This document shows, in pieces, positions 18,103-29,390 of a DNA stretch of 64,000 nucleotides (its first letter is position 1; each line of letters opens with the position of its first letter). A program made the position numbers and the translations under genes. Source of the stretch: Halobacteria archaeon (lineage in GTDB: Archaea > Halobacteriota > Syntropharchaeia > JACQPP01); the NCBI GenBank assembly GCA_038869515.1, contig JAWCQZ010000009.1, positions 856-64,855 on the forward strand. Direction: 5' to 3'. The notes below the pieces were generated by a model that had not been told where the DNA came from, ran no database searches, and saw only the letters and a program-made list of their open reading frames with translations.

Positions 18103-19659
18103 TTAAATGTTTCTCACACCACCATACAGTTCCCACCCGAACTTCTGCCCCGGGCCCCGCTTGAACCGCTTGTACTTCGCGAGCGCCCTCTTCAAGTCCT
18201 TCTCCTCCAGCACATCTGCGGGGTTCGCGATGGCCCCCGCCACCGCCGACGCGGCGACCACCGCGGGGCTCGCCAGGAAAATCCACGCCTCGGGATGGCC
18301 CATCCGGTTGGGGAAGTTGCGGTTCGACGCGGAGATGACCACGTCGTCGGCCTGGACCACCTCCCCCTTGGCGTCGTATTTCTTCGCGTAGGCCTCGCTG
18401 GTGAAGAAGGAGCCGAGGCACCAGGAGCAGGAGGAGACGTCGGCCACGCGGGCGCCCGCCTTGCGGAACTTCTCCAGGACGCCCATGTTTTCCGCCTGCC
18501 GGAGGACCACCTCGCTCGCCGGGACCACCTTCATCAGGACTCCGGGGGCGACCTTGCGGCCCGCGACGATTTCCGCGGCGATGACGAGGTCCTCGAGCCG
18601 CGCGTTGGTGCAGGAGCCGAGGAACGCCTTGGTGATTTCGGTCCCCGCCACCTTCGACACCGGGGCGTAGTTGTCCGGAGAGTATGGCGCGGCCACGAGG
18701 GGCTCGAGGGTGGAGAGGTCGAGTTTGATCCGCTTCCCGTATTTCGCACCGGGGTCGGCGAGGGCGGGCCGGTAGGGCGCCCGGGCCCGCTTGGATTTTC
18801 TTCCGCCCTTGCCGTTCACCGCCACGCGGTCGGTGTCCGGGTCGCGCCCCACCTCCTCGTTGACGAACCGTTCCACCGCCGCGTCGGGGGGGAAGATGCC
18901 CGTCGTCGCCTCCATCTCGGCCGCCATGTTGGCCATCGTGATGCGCGCCTCCAGGGAGAGGGCGGAGAGGCCTTCGCCGGAGTATTCGACTGCGGCGTCC
19001 CTCCAGACCCCCTCTTTGTAGTGCTTCCCGATGAGGTGGATGACCGCGTCCTTGGAGGAGACGTAGGGGCGGAACCTTCCGGTCAACTCGACGCTCACCG
19101 GAGACGGGACCTTGAACGGCAGCCGCCCCGAGAGAATCATCATCCCGACTTCGGTGGAGCCGACGCCGGCCGCGAACGCCCCGAGGGCGCCGTAAGACGG
19201 GGTGTGGGAGTCGGCCCAGAGAATCAGGTCGCCGGGCCGCGCGTGCCCCTCCTCGGGCAGCACGATGTGGCAGATGCCGCCGACGCCGATGTCGTAGACG
19301 TGGGGCAGGCCGTATTTGCGCGCATACTCCCGCACACGGTTGGCTTGGGTCGAGCGGGGGAACACATCGGCCCCGGGGCCGAGGAAGTGCTCCAGGGCGA
19401 CCACGACGCGGTGCTTGTTCCTGTTGATGAGTCTGCGGATTTTGGCTTCGCCAAAATCCGTGAAGTCGGGCCCCTCGATGGCGGCGAAGGCGCCGTCAGC
19501 GGTGACGTCGGAGCCGCCGGTGACATCCACCTCGAACTCGTGCCAGGTGCCCGGCTTTAGAACGGGCAGGTCTCCGTCGGCCGCGTTACGGTAGGGGGTT
19601 TTGCCGTTTTCGACGAGATGGCGGGCGAGGATTTTCTGGGTGATGGTGAGGGGGGCCAT
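18103..19659 (-). CDS. leuC: 3-isopropylmalate dehydratase / homoaconitase large subunit
   Basis: GICH, ADSHT..GA.GAFA.G.G, NMAAE, GSCTNAR.EDL, C..C.G, SNRNF.NRMG. Confidence 0.88.
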   Translation of the reverse strand: MAPLTITQKILARHLVENGKTPYRNAADGDLPVLKPGTWHEFEVDVTGGSDVTADGAFAAIEGPDFTDFGEAKIRRLINRNKHRVVVALEHFLGPGADVFPRSTQANRVREYARKYGLPHVYDIGVGGICHIVLPEEGHARPGDLILWADSHTPSYGALGAFAAGVGSTEVGMMILSGRLPFKVPSPVSVELTGRFRPYVSSKDAVIHLIGKHYKEGVWRDAAVEYSGEGLSALSLEARITMANMAAEMEATTGIFPPDAAVERFVNEEVGRDPDTDRVAVNGKGGRKSKRARAPYRPALADPGAKYGKRIKLDLSTLEPLVAAPYSPDNYAPVSKVAGTEITKAFLGSCTNARLEDLVIAAEIVAGRKVAPGVLMKVVPASEVVLRQAENMGVLEKFRKAGARVADVSSCSWCLGSFFTSEAYAKKYDAKGEVVQADDVVISASNRNFPNRMGHPEAWIFLASPAVVAASAVAGAIANPADVLEEKDLKRALAKYKRFKRGPGQKFGWELYGGVRNI

Positions 19660-19792
19660 CGGCTGGATTGCAGGGGCCGGAGGATTAAACCTGATGCCCC
19701 GTCCGTGAAAAGCCCGCGGCGCGTGCTCAGCGCGGTTCCGCGACAGGGCGCCAGAGACCGGCTTAAGTCGTTTCAGGCCGATTTGACCGGCG

Positions 19793-20272
19793 ATGGGGGC
19801 TGGACCTGTCGCCGCGCTGGTTGCGGTGCTTGCTATCGCGGCATGCACAAACGCGCCGGGCGGGCAGCAGAACATAGGCGCGGGAAGTCTTGGCACTCAG
19901 ATAGACTGCGTACAGCTTCTCAAAGGCTATGGTGTTCCCGTTCCCCAGCTCCCCAGCGGCGAAACCGCATCGCCGCAGGATGAAAGCACAATGTGGGTCA
20001 GGGATGCGAAGCTCTTCAACCCCGACCTTATCTCTTACATCAATGATGAGACAGCCTTCTCCAAAAATCTCGGCGACAGAATGGTGAGCGCGGAGGCGGC
20101 CGCAGAAAAAGTCGCATCTGTTGCTGTCCAGCACCCGCAGCTCGGCACGGGCTGGGCCATAACAAAAATGGCCAGATCAATCTCAAATGACATAAAGGCC
20201 AGCGCGTTTGCTTCGAACACCGCGCTGTCAAATCCAAAGCTGATAACATGCGGAAGTCTGAGCAGCGAGTAA
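19793..20272 (+). CDS. Putative lipoprotein, N-terminal part (lower GC)
   Basis: Hydrophobic leader with lipobox-like IAAC; no recognised domain. Confidence 0.55.
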   Translation: MGAGPVAALVAVLAIAACTNAPGGQQNIGAGSLGTQIDCVQLLKGYGVPVPQLPSGETASPQDESTMWVRDAKLFNPDLISYINDETAFSKNLGDRMVSAEAAAEKVASVAVQHPQLGTGWAITKMARSISNDIKASAFASNTALSNPKLITCGSLSSE

Positions 20273-20946
20273 GCGATATTGCCATAGCGATGGCAATGGG
20301 CGTGCCGCTGCCAAAAGACAAGATCGTGCAGGCCAGGAAAGTTGCGGCCTGTTACAAGAGTGAGTGGGGCAAATATGTGCCTTCCGTAACAAGAGCAGAG
20401 GATGTGCTCTACTGTCTTGCTGATGCTACCGACAAAAAACTCGAAGCGAAAGAGAAAGCCTTCGGCCAAAGTCCCTCTGGACAACTGATACTCGAGCAGG
20501 GCGGACTTTTCACGCCGACTCCAATGCCGACAAAAGTCGGAGGCACATTTACACCAACGCCGAGCCCGATTTCGACAGGCTCCGAGCCGACAGATTTGAG
20601 TGCGGAGGGAGAGAACGTTGTCAAAAGAGAACTGGCCCAATATGGTTTCAAAAACCCGATTGTTACGACAGGCAGCGGAAAATGGATCTATGTTAGTGCA
20701 GAAGGTTCGTTCGTTCCTGTCGACATACCAGCAATTTTTAACAGTATGCTTGGTTGGTTTCGCGATGCGGATACCTTTGAATTGTCTTTCATCACACCCT
20801 CGGGGCCTTGGTGTTATGTTGGCGCTAAAGATCGTCTCGTTAAGCTTAATTCGGATTATGTAGATAATAAGATAAGAGCACTGGATTATCAAAAAGAAAC
20901 CTTCGGCGGCCAGACCGAAAGGTGTTCATCTTCGCGCGCGACATAA
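20248..20946 (+). CDS. Hypothetical protein, probably the frameshifted continuation of the lipoprotein
   Basis: Overlaps the upstream ORF by 25 nt, no signal peptide, has TPTPMPT/TPTPSP linker typical of surface proteins. Confidence 0.5.
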   Translation: MRKSEQRVSDIAIAMAMGVPLPKDKIVQARKVAACYKSEWGKYVPSVTRAEDVLYCLADATDKKLEAKEKAFGQSPSGQLILEQGGLFTPTPMPTKVGGTFTPTPSPISTGSEPTDLSAEGENVVKRELAQYGFKNPIVTTGSGKWIYVSAEGSFVPVDIPAIFNSMLGWFRDADTFELSFITPSGPWCYVGAKDRLVKLNSDYVDNKIRALDYQKETFGGQTERCSSSRAT

Positions 20947-21171
20947 TCAGCAGGATACAATTTTGGTAGGAACGCTTTTTTCTCCAGCGTCGGCGTAATC
21001 GGTATCTGCGTTGCGGCCGTCGCGTCGCGAAGCGAGGCGACGGGGGGCTGCGAAGCAGACCCGGCCGTTCCGCTTCGGCCCCCGACGCCCGGCGTGGAGC
21101 CGGACCCTGGCCCCCCACGTTCACCCCACTCCCCGCAAACCTTTAACCGTGGAAAGTGATATTTCAGTTAG

Positions 21172-21438
21172 ATGGCCACCGAGGTCAAAATCAAGCGCTG
21201 GGGCGGCTCCCTGGCCGTCATCATCCCCGAGGAGGAGGTCAAAGCGCAGAAACTCAAGGAGGGGGAGGAGGTCGGACTTGTCCTGATCAAGAAGGCCCGA
21301 TTGGGCGACCTCTTCGGCTCGGTGAAGGAGTTGCGAGGGGTAGACCTGCAGGAAGCGGAGCGGGAGTTCGACGAGGGATGGGAGTCCGGCGCTCTCTCCC
21401 GGCACGAGAGACTCGCACGCATGGGCGGCCGCCGGTGA
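21172..21438 (+). CDS. AbrB/MazE-type antitoxin
   Basis: KIKRWGGSLAVIIP....LKEGEEV; BRE/TATA-like AAACCTTTAAC upstream. Confidence 0.88.
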   Translation: MATEVKIKRWGGSLAVIIPEEEVKAQKLKEGEEVGLVLIKKARLGDLFGSVKELRGVDLQEAEREFDEGWESGALSRHERLARMGGRR

Positions 21439-21824
21439 ACCGGTACTACTACGACTCCTGGGCCATCCTGGAGTTCTTCGGCGGGAACCCCCGGTTCGAG
21501 CCCTACTTCGCCGGGGTCCCCGGCGCGACCAGCGCGTGGAACCTCGCGGAGGTCTATTTCAAACTCATCCAGGCGGGCCACCCCGTCGAAGATGCCCGTC
21601 GCAAGTGCCTCCGGTTTCAGTCGCATCTGCTGACTTTCGGCCCCCGCACAGTGTTCCGGGCCATGGAGTTCAGGCGCGACCATCCGGACCCCGAGAGGGC
21701 TGGACGCTACCTCTTCTCCTACGCAGACGCGCTTGGCTATGCTCTGGCGCTTGAGCGGGGTTTGACGTTTCTCACCGGAGATAGAGACTTCCAAGGACTG
21801 CCCAAGGTGGAGTATCTTCGATAG
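21435..21824 (+). CDS. vapC: PIN-domain VapC toxin
   Basis: YDSWAILE, NLAEVY, SYADA, LTGD.DF; GTGA overlap with the antitoxin. Confidence 0.88.
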   Translation: MNRYYYDSWAILEFFGGNPRFEPYFAGVPGATSAWNLAEVYFKLIQAGHPVEDARRKCLRFQSHLLTFGPRTVFRAMEFRRDHPDPERAGRYLFSYADALGYALALERGLTFLTGDRDFQGLPKVEYLR

Positions 21825-21834
21825 CCGCTCCCGC

Positions 21835-22968
<1,134 letters not shown>

Positions 22969-23025
22969 GGGCGGGGATGGGAGCCTGAAGATATAATGTT
23001 TGACCCGCGCGACGTTCTCTCATCC

Positions 23026-23559
23026 ATGAAGTTCGCCCTCCTCTGCGGGGAACTCGACATCCCCGACCCCGACGCCTTCCTGCGGGACCTCCGGGCTCTC
23101 GCGAAGGCGAGGGGAGTGACTCTCCAGCCCCTGAACGCGGACCTCCTCGCGGGCCGGGCCCACGTGGCGAAGGCCTTCGAGGAGGCGGAGGCTGCCCGGG
23201 CGGCCGGGGCCCCCTTCGCCCGCGACCCCGGGATGGAACTCCTCCTCCACGTCTCGGGCCAGACCCAGATTTTCCGGGCGCTGGAGTTCGGAGTGAAGTC
23301 CGGGAGGAACCGGGTGGCCGTGGTCGCCTTCCCGCCCGAACCGGGGACTGTGGGGGTCCTGAAAGAGAGGTACGGCCTCGCCGAGGATGCCTCGCTTGCC
23401 GAATACCGGCTCGAAAAGCGGCGGGCCCTGATGTCGAAGTTCAACATCACCGCCGCGGAACTGAAGGCGGCCGGGGAGGAGCGGCTGCCGGAACTGGCCC
23501 AGGAGCGCATCGCCCTGATGGCGCTGGAACGGGGGAGGGGGCAGAAGGTCCGCAGATGA
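23026..23559 (+). CDS. cgi121: KEOPS complex subunit Cgi121
   Basis: NADL.AG.AHV, MELLL.VSG.TQI..AL.FGVK, F.IT..EL. Confidence 0.85.
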   Translation: MKFALLCGELDIPDPDAFLRDLRALAKARGVTLQPLNADLLAGRAHVAKAFEEAEAARAAGAPFARDPGMELLLHVSGQTQIFRALEFGVKSGRNRVAVVAFPPEPGTVGVLKERYGLAEDASLAEYRLEKRRALMSKFNITAAELKAAGEERLPELAQERIALMALERGRGQKVRR

Positions 23560-23652
23560 GCCGGATGAACGTTTTCGAGCGATGGTTCGTATCCGGGCCC
23601 ATCCAAGCCGCCTATTTGCGCTCGGTCTGTTACCCGCGCGTGTTCCGCTGTC

Positions 23653-24040
23653 ATGAAAATCGAACTCTTCCAGGGCGACACCACCGCCTTGGAGGTCGAC
23701 GCCATCGTCAACGCGGCCAACAACCGCCTCCTCATGGGGGCGGGGGTCGCGGGGGCCATCAAGCGGCGCTGCGGCCAGGAAATCGAGGACGAAGGGGTGC
23801 GGAAGGGCCCGATCCCAGTCGGGGAGGCCGCGGTCACCGGCGCGGGGAGGCTGAAGGCCCGATACGTCATCCATGCGGCGGTCATGGCGATGGACTTCCA
23901 GACGGATGCGAAGAAAATCCGCGATGCTCGACGAGGTCCGGAGGGGCGCTGAGGGACTGGAGCGGGTGGTCTTCGCCCTCCACGGGGAGGAGGCCCGAGC
24001 GGCCTTCGAGCGGGTCCTGCGGGGAGCCGGGACGGGATAG
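23653..24040 (+). pseudogene. Macro domain (ADP-ribose-binding) protein with internal deletion and frameshift
   Basis: [22 protein letters not shown]...VIHA; AFPA.GTG segment missing; C-terminus MLDEV..LERVVFAL lies in another frame. Confidence 0.75.
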
Positions 24041-24071
24041 CATTTTTCCATCTCTCCGCCGAGGTTCGGGC

Positions 24072-25199
24072 ATGGCGGAGACGGCCCAGGTTCCGGCGCC
24101 GGGGTGGAGCCCCCGGGACCTGGAGGAACTGGAAGGGAACCTGCGGGACGAGAGGTCGGCCGAGTGGCTCTACGGCACCCTCGCGGGCCTCGACGGCCAG
24201 GAGGAGCGGGCCGCCCTCCTCCGCAGCCTCCGGGACTACGAGAAGAGGCACACGGCCCGCTGGGAGAAACTCCTCCGCAGGCTCGGCCGGCCCATCCCGC
24301 CCCGGGCCCTGCTCCTCCAGCACCGCATCCTCGTCGCTTTCGCGCGGGTCTTCGGGGTGGGGTCGGTCCTGCCCCTCATCCACAAGGAGGAGGTGGAGGG
24401 CATCGCCAAATACAAGCGGCAGGCGGGGGCGTGGAAGGACCCCGAGGCCCAGGAGATTTTCAGGGATGTCCTTCCCGAGGAGATCGTCCACGAGGCGGAC
24501 CTCTTCAACGCCATCCGCAAGGTGGGGGCCGAGGGCGGGACCCTCCGGAGCGCCATCCTGGGGGCCAACGACGGCATCGTCTCCGTCCTCGCCCTGGCGG
24601 CCGGAGTGGCGGGGGCCACCGCTTCCACGCCGGCAGTAGTCGTTGCGGGCGTCGCGGGAATCACGGCGGGGGCCTTTTCCATGGCCGCCTCCAACTATGT
24701 GTCGGTCCGGGCGGAGCAGGAGATGGTGGCCACCCGGGCGCGGATGCTGCGGGACGCCGTCGAGGTCGCCCCGAAGCGGAAGTCGGCGCAGTTGCGGGAG
24801 GCCTACTGGGCCCGGGGCTACACCCCCGAGGAGGCGGAAGCGATGGTGTCGCGGCTGGCGAAGAACCCCGGCGAGTTCGCGCGCGCCCTCCTGGTCGAGG
24901 AGTATGGCATCGCGGAGGCGAGTTTCGAGAGCCCGCACCGCCTCGCCGCGACAACGGGGGTCGCATTTGCGGCGGCGGCCGTGGTCCCGGTCCTCCCCTT
25001 CCTCGCCCTCCCGGTCGGCTCCGCCGTGGCGGCCTCCGTGGCCCTCAGCGGCGCGGCCCTCTTCGCCGCCGGGGTCCTCCGCTCCCTCGTCACATTGAAG
25101 CCCTTCCTGAGGAACGGGTTCGAGATGGTCGTCGTGGGCATGGGGGCCGCCGCGTTCACCTACGCCGTCGGCCTCGCCCTCGGGACGGTGGTCGGGTGA
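24072..25199 (+). CDS. VIT1/CCC1 iron transporter with N-terminal ferritin-like domain
   Basis: ExxH motifs (EKRH, EIVH), LRSAILGANDG, AGAFSMA.SNYVSV. Confidence 0.9.
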   Translation: MAETAQVPAPGWSPRDLEELEGNLRDERSAEWLYGTLAGLDGQEERAALLRSLRDYEKRHTARWEKLLRRLGRPIPPRALLLQHRILVAFARVFGVGSVLPLIHKEEVEGIAKYKRQAGAWKDPEAQEIFRDVLPEEIVHEADLFNAIRKVGAEGGTLRSAILGANDGIVSVLALAAGVAGATASTPAVVVAGVAGITAGAFSMAASNYVSVRAEQEMVATRARMLRDAVEVAPKRKSAQLREAYWARGYTPEEAEAMVSRLAKNPGEFARALLVEEYGIAEASFESPHRLAATTGVAFAAAAVVPVLPFLALPVGSAVAASVALSGAALFAAGVLRSLVTLKPFLRNGFEMVVVGMGAAAFTYAVGLALGTVVG

Positions 25200-26038
25200 T
25201 TTCCCGCGTCGGAGGGGTCTACGGCCTCTACGGCCCCGACAGCGTCGCGTGGAAGACCAACCGGGAGACCGCCCTCCTCTTCGGGGGCCCCCGCGCCCTC
25301 CTGCTCCAACTGGCCCACCCCCTGGTGGCCGCGGGGGTCCGGGAGCACAGCGACTACGAGAAGGACCCCTACGGGCGGCTCCAGCGGACCCTCCACTACA
25401 CCCTCTCCATCGTGTTCGGAACCGAGGAGGAGGCGCGGGAGGCGGCCGCCGACGTCAACGCCCGCCACCTCAAGGTCCGGGGCCGCCTCGGCCGGAAGAC
25501 GGGCCGGTTCCCGGCGAAGGCGGCCTACGACGCGCGCGACCCGGAGTTGCTGATGTGGGTCCAGGCGACCCTTCTGGACACCAGCTCGATGCTCTACGAG
25601 AGGTGGATCGGCCCCCTCACCGGCACCGAGAGGGAGCGCCACTATCGGGAGAGCAAAATCCTCGCCGGGATGCTCGGCCTCCCCGCGCCGGCGATGCCGA
25701 AGGACTGGAAGGCCTTCCAGGCCTACTTCCGGCGGATGGTCGAGGGGCACGAGCTCGCGGTGGACGACGCGACCCGGAAGATGGTCCACACGATTCTCCA
25801 TCCGCCGGGCATCCCGAGGCTGGCGGCGGAGGCGCAGGCGACCCTGACGGCGGGTCTCCTGCCCGAGCGCGTCCGGGAGATGTACGGCCTCCCCTGGGGG
25901 CCGGTCCAGGAGGCGGTCCTCAGGATGGCGGACGAGTCCATCCGCTTCATGGTCCCGAGGATGCCGCCGGCGGTGAGGTATTTCCCCCAGTACCGGAGGG
26001 CGGTCCGGCGCGTGGGGTTGAGTGGGCGGAAGCGATAG
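25196..26038 (+). CDS. Oxygenase MpaB/DUF2236-family protein
   Basis: GGPRALLLQLAHPLVAAGV.EHS, R..RT, YDA.DPELL.WV.ATL. Confidence 0.9.
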   Translation: MISRVGGVYGLYGPDSVAWKTNRETALLFGGPRALLLQLAHPLVAAGVREHSDYEKDPYGRLQRTLHYTLSIVFGTEEEAREAAADVNARHLKVRGRLGRKTGRFPAKAAYDARDPELLMWVQATLLDTSSMLYERWIGPLTGTERERHYRESKILAGMLGLPAPAMPKDWKAFQAYFRRMVEGHELAVDDATRKMVHTILHPPGIPRLAAEAQATLTAGLLPERVREMYGLPWGPVQEAVLRMADESIRFMVPRMPPAVRYFPQYRRAVRRVGLSGRKR

Positions 26039-26079
26039 GGCGCTGCCTGGAACCCATCTTAACTCCGACCACAATCATC

Positions 26080-26260
26080 GTGCCATTTAGCAGGGCTCAA
26101 CCGCTCGCGCACGCGCGACGGAGGCCCCCGGCGCCAATTTGCAACGGGGGGTCCGAGGGAAGCGAGGACCGAGGAGCGGCGCTGGGCCGAGAGACGAGCG
26201 AAGCGAGGAGCGGGGCCGGGGCCTCCGAGCGCGCGGCCCGACGACCGGCCCCACGCCGGG
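26080..26260. repeat. Diverged copy of the 9132-9302 structured repeat
   Basis: Shares GTGCCATTT, GCTCGCGCAC, CGGCGCCAATTTGC and CGAGGAGCGGCGC in the same order. Confidence 0.75.
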
Positions 26261-26296
26261 CCACCTTTATGGAAAGGGCGATAGAGGGGAAGTGGG

Positions 26297-27562
26297 ATGG
26301 GCGGGTTCGATTCGCTCCCAATTTGGTCCGACCCAGAGACCCGCGGGCCCCTCTCCTGGTACTTCGACGTCGCCACGAACAGGATGCCCGCCAAGCACCT
26401 CATCACCCGGCGCATCCCGTGCGAGACCCCCCTCGACGCCCCGGAGGAGGACCTCTGGGAGGAGCACCGGCGGGCCACGGGCCGGTTCCTGGCGGTGTGG
26501 GAGCGGATCCGCAGGGAGGAGTTGAGCCTCCCTGGACTCGCGACCTACTCACCCTCCCTCCTCGACCTCTCGGCGGAGCTCGCCCGCCGGATGCTCGCCC
26601 ATTGCAACTTCTGCCGGTGGAACTGCCGGGTGGACCGGTCGCAGGGGACGAAGCACGGCACATGCCAGCTCGAAGCGGACTCCCGCGTCTCCTCCTTCTT
26701 CCACCACCGCGGGGAGGAGGCGGTCTTCCGGGGCACCCGTGGCTCGGGGACCATTTTCTTCACCTCCTGCAACATGCGGTGCGGCTTCTGCCAGAACGGC
26801 GACATCTCCCACGACAAGGAGAACGGGATGATTGCGACGCCGGAGGTGCTTGCGGCGATGGCGAGGCAGTTGCGGCTGGAGGGGTGCCACAATATCAATT
26901 TCGTCGGGGGCGAGCCCACCATCCACCTCCACGCCATCCTGGAGGCGGTGCGGCTCCTCGGCAGCGGCTACCGGCCCGACCGGGGGACGCTGGAGCGGGC
27001 GCTCGACTTCAAGGTGGACGGCGACATGGCGGGGAAGCCGAACGGCTCCGATTACCACGGCGACCTGAACGCCCCGCTGCTCTGGAACTCCAACTTCTTC
27101 ATGAGCGAGCCGACGATGCGGCTGCTCCGGCCACTGTTCGACGCCTGGCTCCCCGACTTCAAGTTCGGGAACCCCGAGTGCGCGATGCGGCTGAGCCGGA
27201 CGCCGTGGTATTTCGAGACCGTGGCGAAGAACCACAAGGCCCTCTTCGATTGGAACGAGGCGGTGGTCGTCCGCCACCTCGTGATGCCCAACCACGTCGA
27301 ATGCTGCACGAAGCCGGTTCTCGGGTGGATTGCGAAGCAGATGCCCGGGGTCCCGGTGAACGTCATGGACCAGTTCCACCCCGACCACGGGTGCAACCCG
27401 CAGGACCGGAGGTTCAACCCGAAACTGGCGGACATCGCGAGATATCCCACCGCGGAGGAGCTTGAGGAGGCGTTCGCGTATGCCGAAAGCCTCAAACTGA
27501 ACTTTGCCCCGTTGACCTTCGAGAAGAGCCTTGGCCAGTCTAGGTCCGTTGTCCATTTTTGA
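26297..27562 (+). CDS. Radical SAM protein, PflX-like
   Basis: CNFCRWNCRVDR..C; SGTIFF + CNMRCGFCQN (CxxxCxxC); RHLVMPNHVECC. Confidence 0.88.
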   Translation: MGGFDSLPIWSDPETRGPLSWYFDVATNRMPAKHLITRRIPCETPLDAPEEDLWEEHRRATGRFLAVWERIRREELSLPGLATYSPSLLDLSAELARRMLAHCNFCRWNCRVDRSQGTKHGTCQLEADSRVSSFFHHRGEEAVFRGTRGSGTIFFTSCNMRCGFCQNGDISHDKENGMIATPEVLAAMARQLRLEGCHNINFVGGEPTIHLHAILEAVRLLGSGYRPDRGTLERALDFKVDGDMAGKPNGSDYHGDLNAPLLWNSNFFMSEPTMRLLRPLFDAWLPDFKFGNPECAMRLSRTPWYFETVAKNHKALFDWNEAVVVRHLVMPNHVECCTKPVLGWIAKQMPGVPVNVMDQFHPDHGCNPQDRRFNPKLADIARYPTAEELEEAFAYAESLKLNFAPLTFEKSLGQSRSVVHF

Positions 27563-27653
27563 AACCCAGGAACCTTTTTGAGAACATGCGGCTGTTTCGC
27601 CGCGCGGGCAGGGCGGCGCGAAGGTTTTTCCAGCAGGTCTCCTTCCTCCCCCC

Positions 27654-29351
27654 ATGCTCCAGCTCACGGGCGCCCACGCCCTCGCCGAGTCGCTCCTCCG
27701 CGCCGGAACCAGGCGCATCTACGGCATCGTCGGCACGACGCTGGTGGGCTTCCTCAACGGCCTCTACGATTACAAGGACCGCCTCCACTACGTCTCCTGC
27801 CGGCACGAGATGGTCGCCGGAGGCATGGCCGATGCCGAGGCGCGAGTCACGGGCCGCCCCGGCGTCTTCGTTGTCCACGGGGGGCCGGGGGCGCTCAACG
27901 CGGCCCTCGCCCTTGCGGTCGCACAGCGCGACTGCTCCCCCGTGGTCTGCATCGTGGGCGGGGTCCCCCGGGAGATCGAGGGGTTCCGCGGGATGTCCCA
28001 ACTCGACCAGGGGAAGGCCCACGCCGCCACCACCAAAGCGGTCCTCCGCGCGGACTCGGTAGCCGGCATCCCGGCCCGGCTCGCGGAGGCCTTCCGGACC
28101 GCCGCCTCGGGGTGCCCGGGGCCGGTGGTCCTCGAGGTCCCGCAGGACCTGTGGGACATGAAGGAGGAGGTCGGGCTCGACGGGCTCCGCTTCGAGCGCG
28201 ACCCGCCCCCTGCGCCCTCCGACGGAGAGGTGGACGCGATTCTCGGAGACCTCGGGAAAGCGGAGCGGCCGCTGCTGCTGGCCGGCGGCGGCGTCATCTC
28301 CTCCGGGGGGTGGGACGAACTGAAGCGGTTCGCCGAGGCGTGGAATCTGCCGGTGGCGACCACCGGAAACGGCCGCGGCGCCCTCCCCGAGGACCACCCG
28401 CTCTGCCTCGGCAAGGCGGGCTACGCCGGGGGGACCTACGCCGCCGACTACGCGCTGGAGCACGCCGACTACGTGCTCTGCGTCGGGTGCGGCGTCAGCG
28501 ACATGACCACCTACCACGTCAGCAGCCCGGTCCCAGGCAGGGTGGCGATGGTGAACCTCGACCCCGACTACATGGCGCGGCAGAAGTCCGGGCTCTCCTC
28601 CCCGGTCGTGCGCACCGTGGCGGCCGACGCCCGCCTCTTCCTCCAGAAGGCGGCGGCGCGCCACGCCGGCCCCGGGAGCCGGGACGCGTGGCGCGCCGCC
28701 CTCGACACGCAGAAGCGGAAGTGGGAGCGCTCCCTCGACGCCTTCACCGCGCGCCCCAAGGGGGCCCTGGCCGGCAAGGTGATGGTCGCGCTGCGGAAGG
28801 TCCTCCCGCGGGACGCCATCGTCGTCGGTGGCGCGGGGCTCCACCTCATCTACGCGATGGACTACCTGCCCGCCCGCGCCCCCCGCTCGTTCCTCTACTC
28901 CAACAACTACGGCGCCATGGGGTTCGGCCTCGCCGCCGCCATGGGGGCGAAGATGGCCCGCCCGGAGCGCGAGGTGGTCGCGGTGCTCGGCGACGGGGAA
29001 CTGATGATGATGGGCCTCGGCGACCTGGAGACCGCAGTGCGCCACAGCCTGAAAATCCGGGCCTTCGTCGTCAACGACAACTCCTACAGGGTCCTGCGGG
29101 CGACGCAGTCCATCCAGTACAGGGGGCGCTTCTTCGGGACCGAGCACAAGAACCCAGACTTCGTGAAACTGGCCGAGGCTTTCGGGGCCACCGGGGTCCG
29201 CATCGACTCCCCGGAAAAAATCGAGCCCGGGCTCGAGAAGGCGCTCGGCGCCCCGGGGCCCGCGCTGGTGGAGATTCCGACCGATGTGAATGACTTGCCG
29301 CCGACGAATATCGAAGCCGTCCTCCGCATGAGGCAGAAGGGGCGGGCGTAA
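27654..29351 (+). CDS. Thiamine-pyrophosphate-dependent enzyme (acetolactate synthase-like)
   Basis: RHE..AG.MAD..AR.TG, GPGA.N, GDG..NDN TPP motif. Confidence 0.9.
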   Translation: MLQLTGAHALAESLLRAGTRRIYGIVGTTLVGFLNGLYDYKDRLHYVSCRHEMVAGGMADAEARVTGRPGVFVVHGGPGALNAALALAVAQRDCSPVVCIVGGVPREIEGFRGMSQLDQGKAHAATTKAVLRADSVAGIPARLAEAFRTAASGCPGPVVLEVPQDLWDMKEEVGLDGLRFERDPPPAPSDGEVDAILGDLGKAERPLLLAGGGVISSGGWDELKRFAEAWNLPVATTGNGRGALPEDHPLCLGKAGYAGGTYAADYALEHADYVLCVGCGVSDMTTYHVSSPVPGRVAMVNLDPDYMARQKSGLSSPVVRTVAADARLFLQKAAARHAGPGSRDAWRAALDTQKRKWERSLDAFTARPKGALAGKVMVALRKVLPRDAIVVGGAGLHLIYAMDYLPARAPRSFLYSNNYGAMGFGLAAAMGAKMARPEREVVAVLGDGELMMMGLGDLETAVRHSLKIRAFVVNDNSYRVLRATQSIQYRGRFFGTEHKNPDFVKLAEAFGATGVRIDSPEKIEPGLEKALGAPGPALVEIPTDVNDLPPTNIEAVLRMRQKGRA

Positions 29352-29390
29352 GACAGGAGACCTTAAGCGCCGGGAGGGGGCCCGGGGAGG

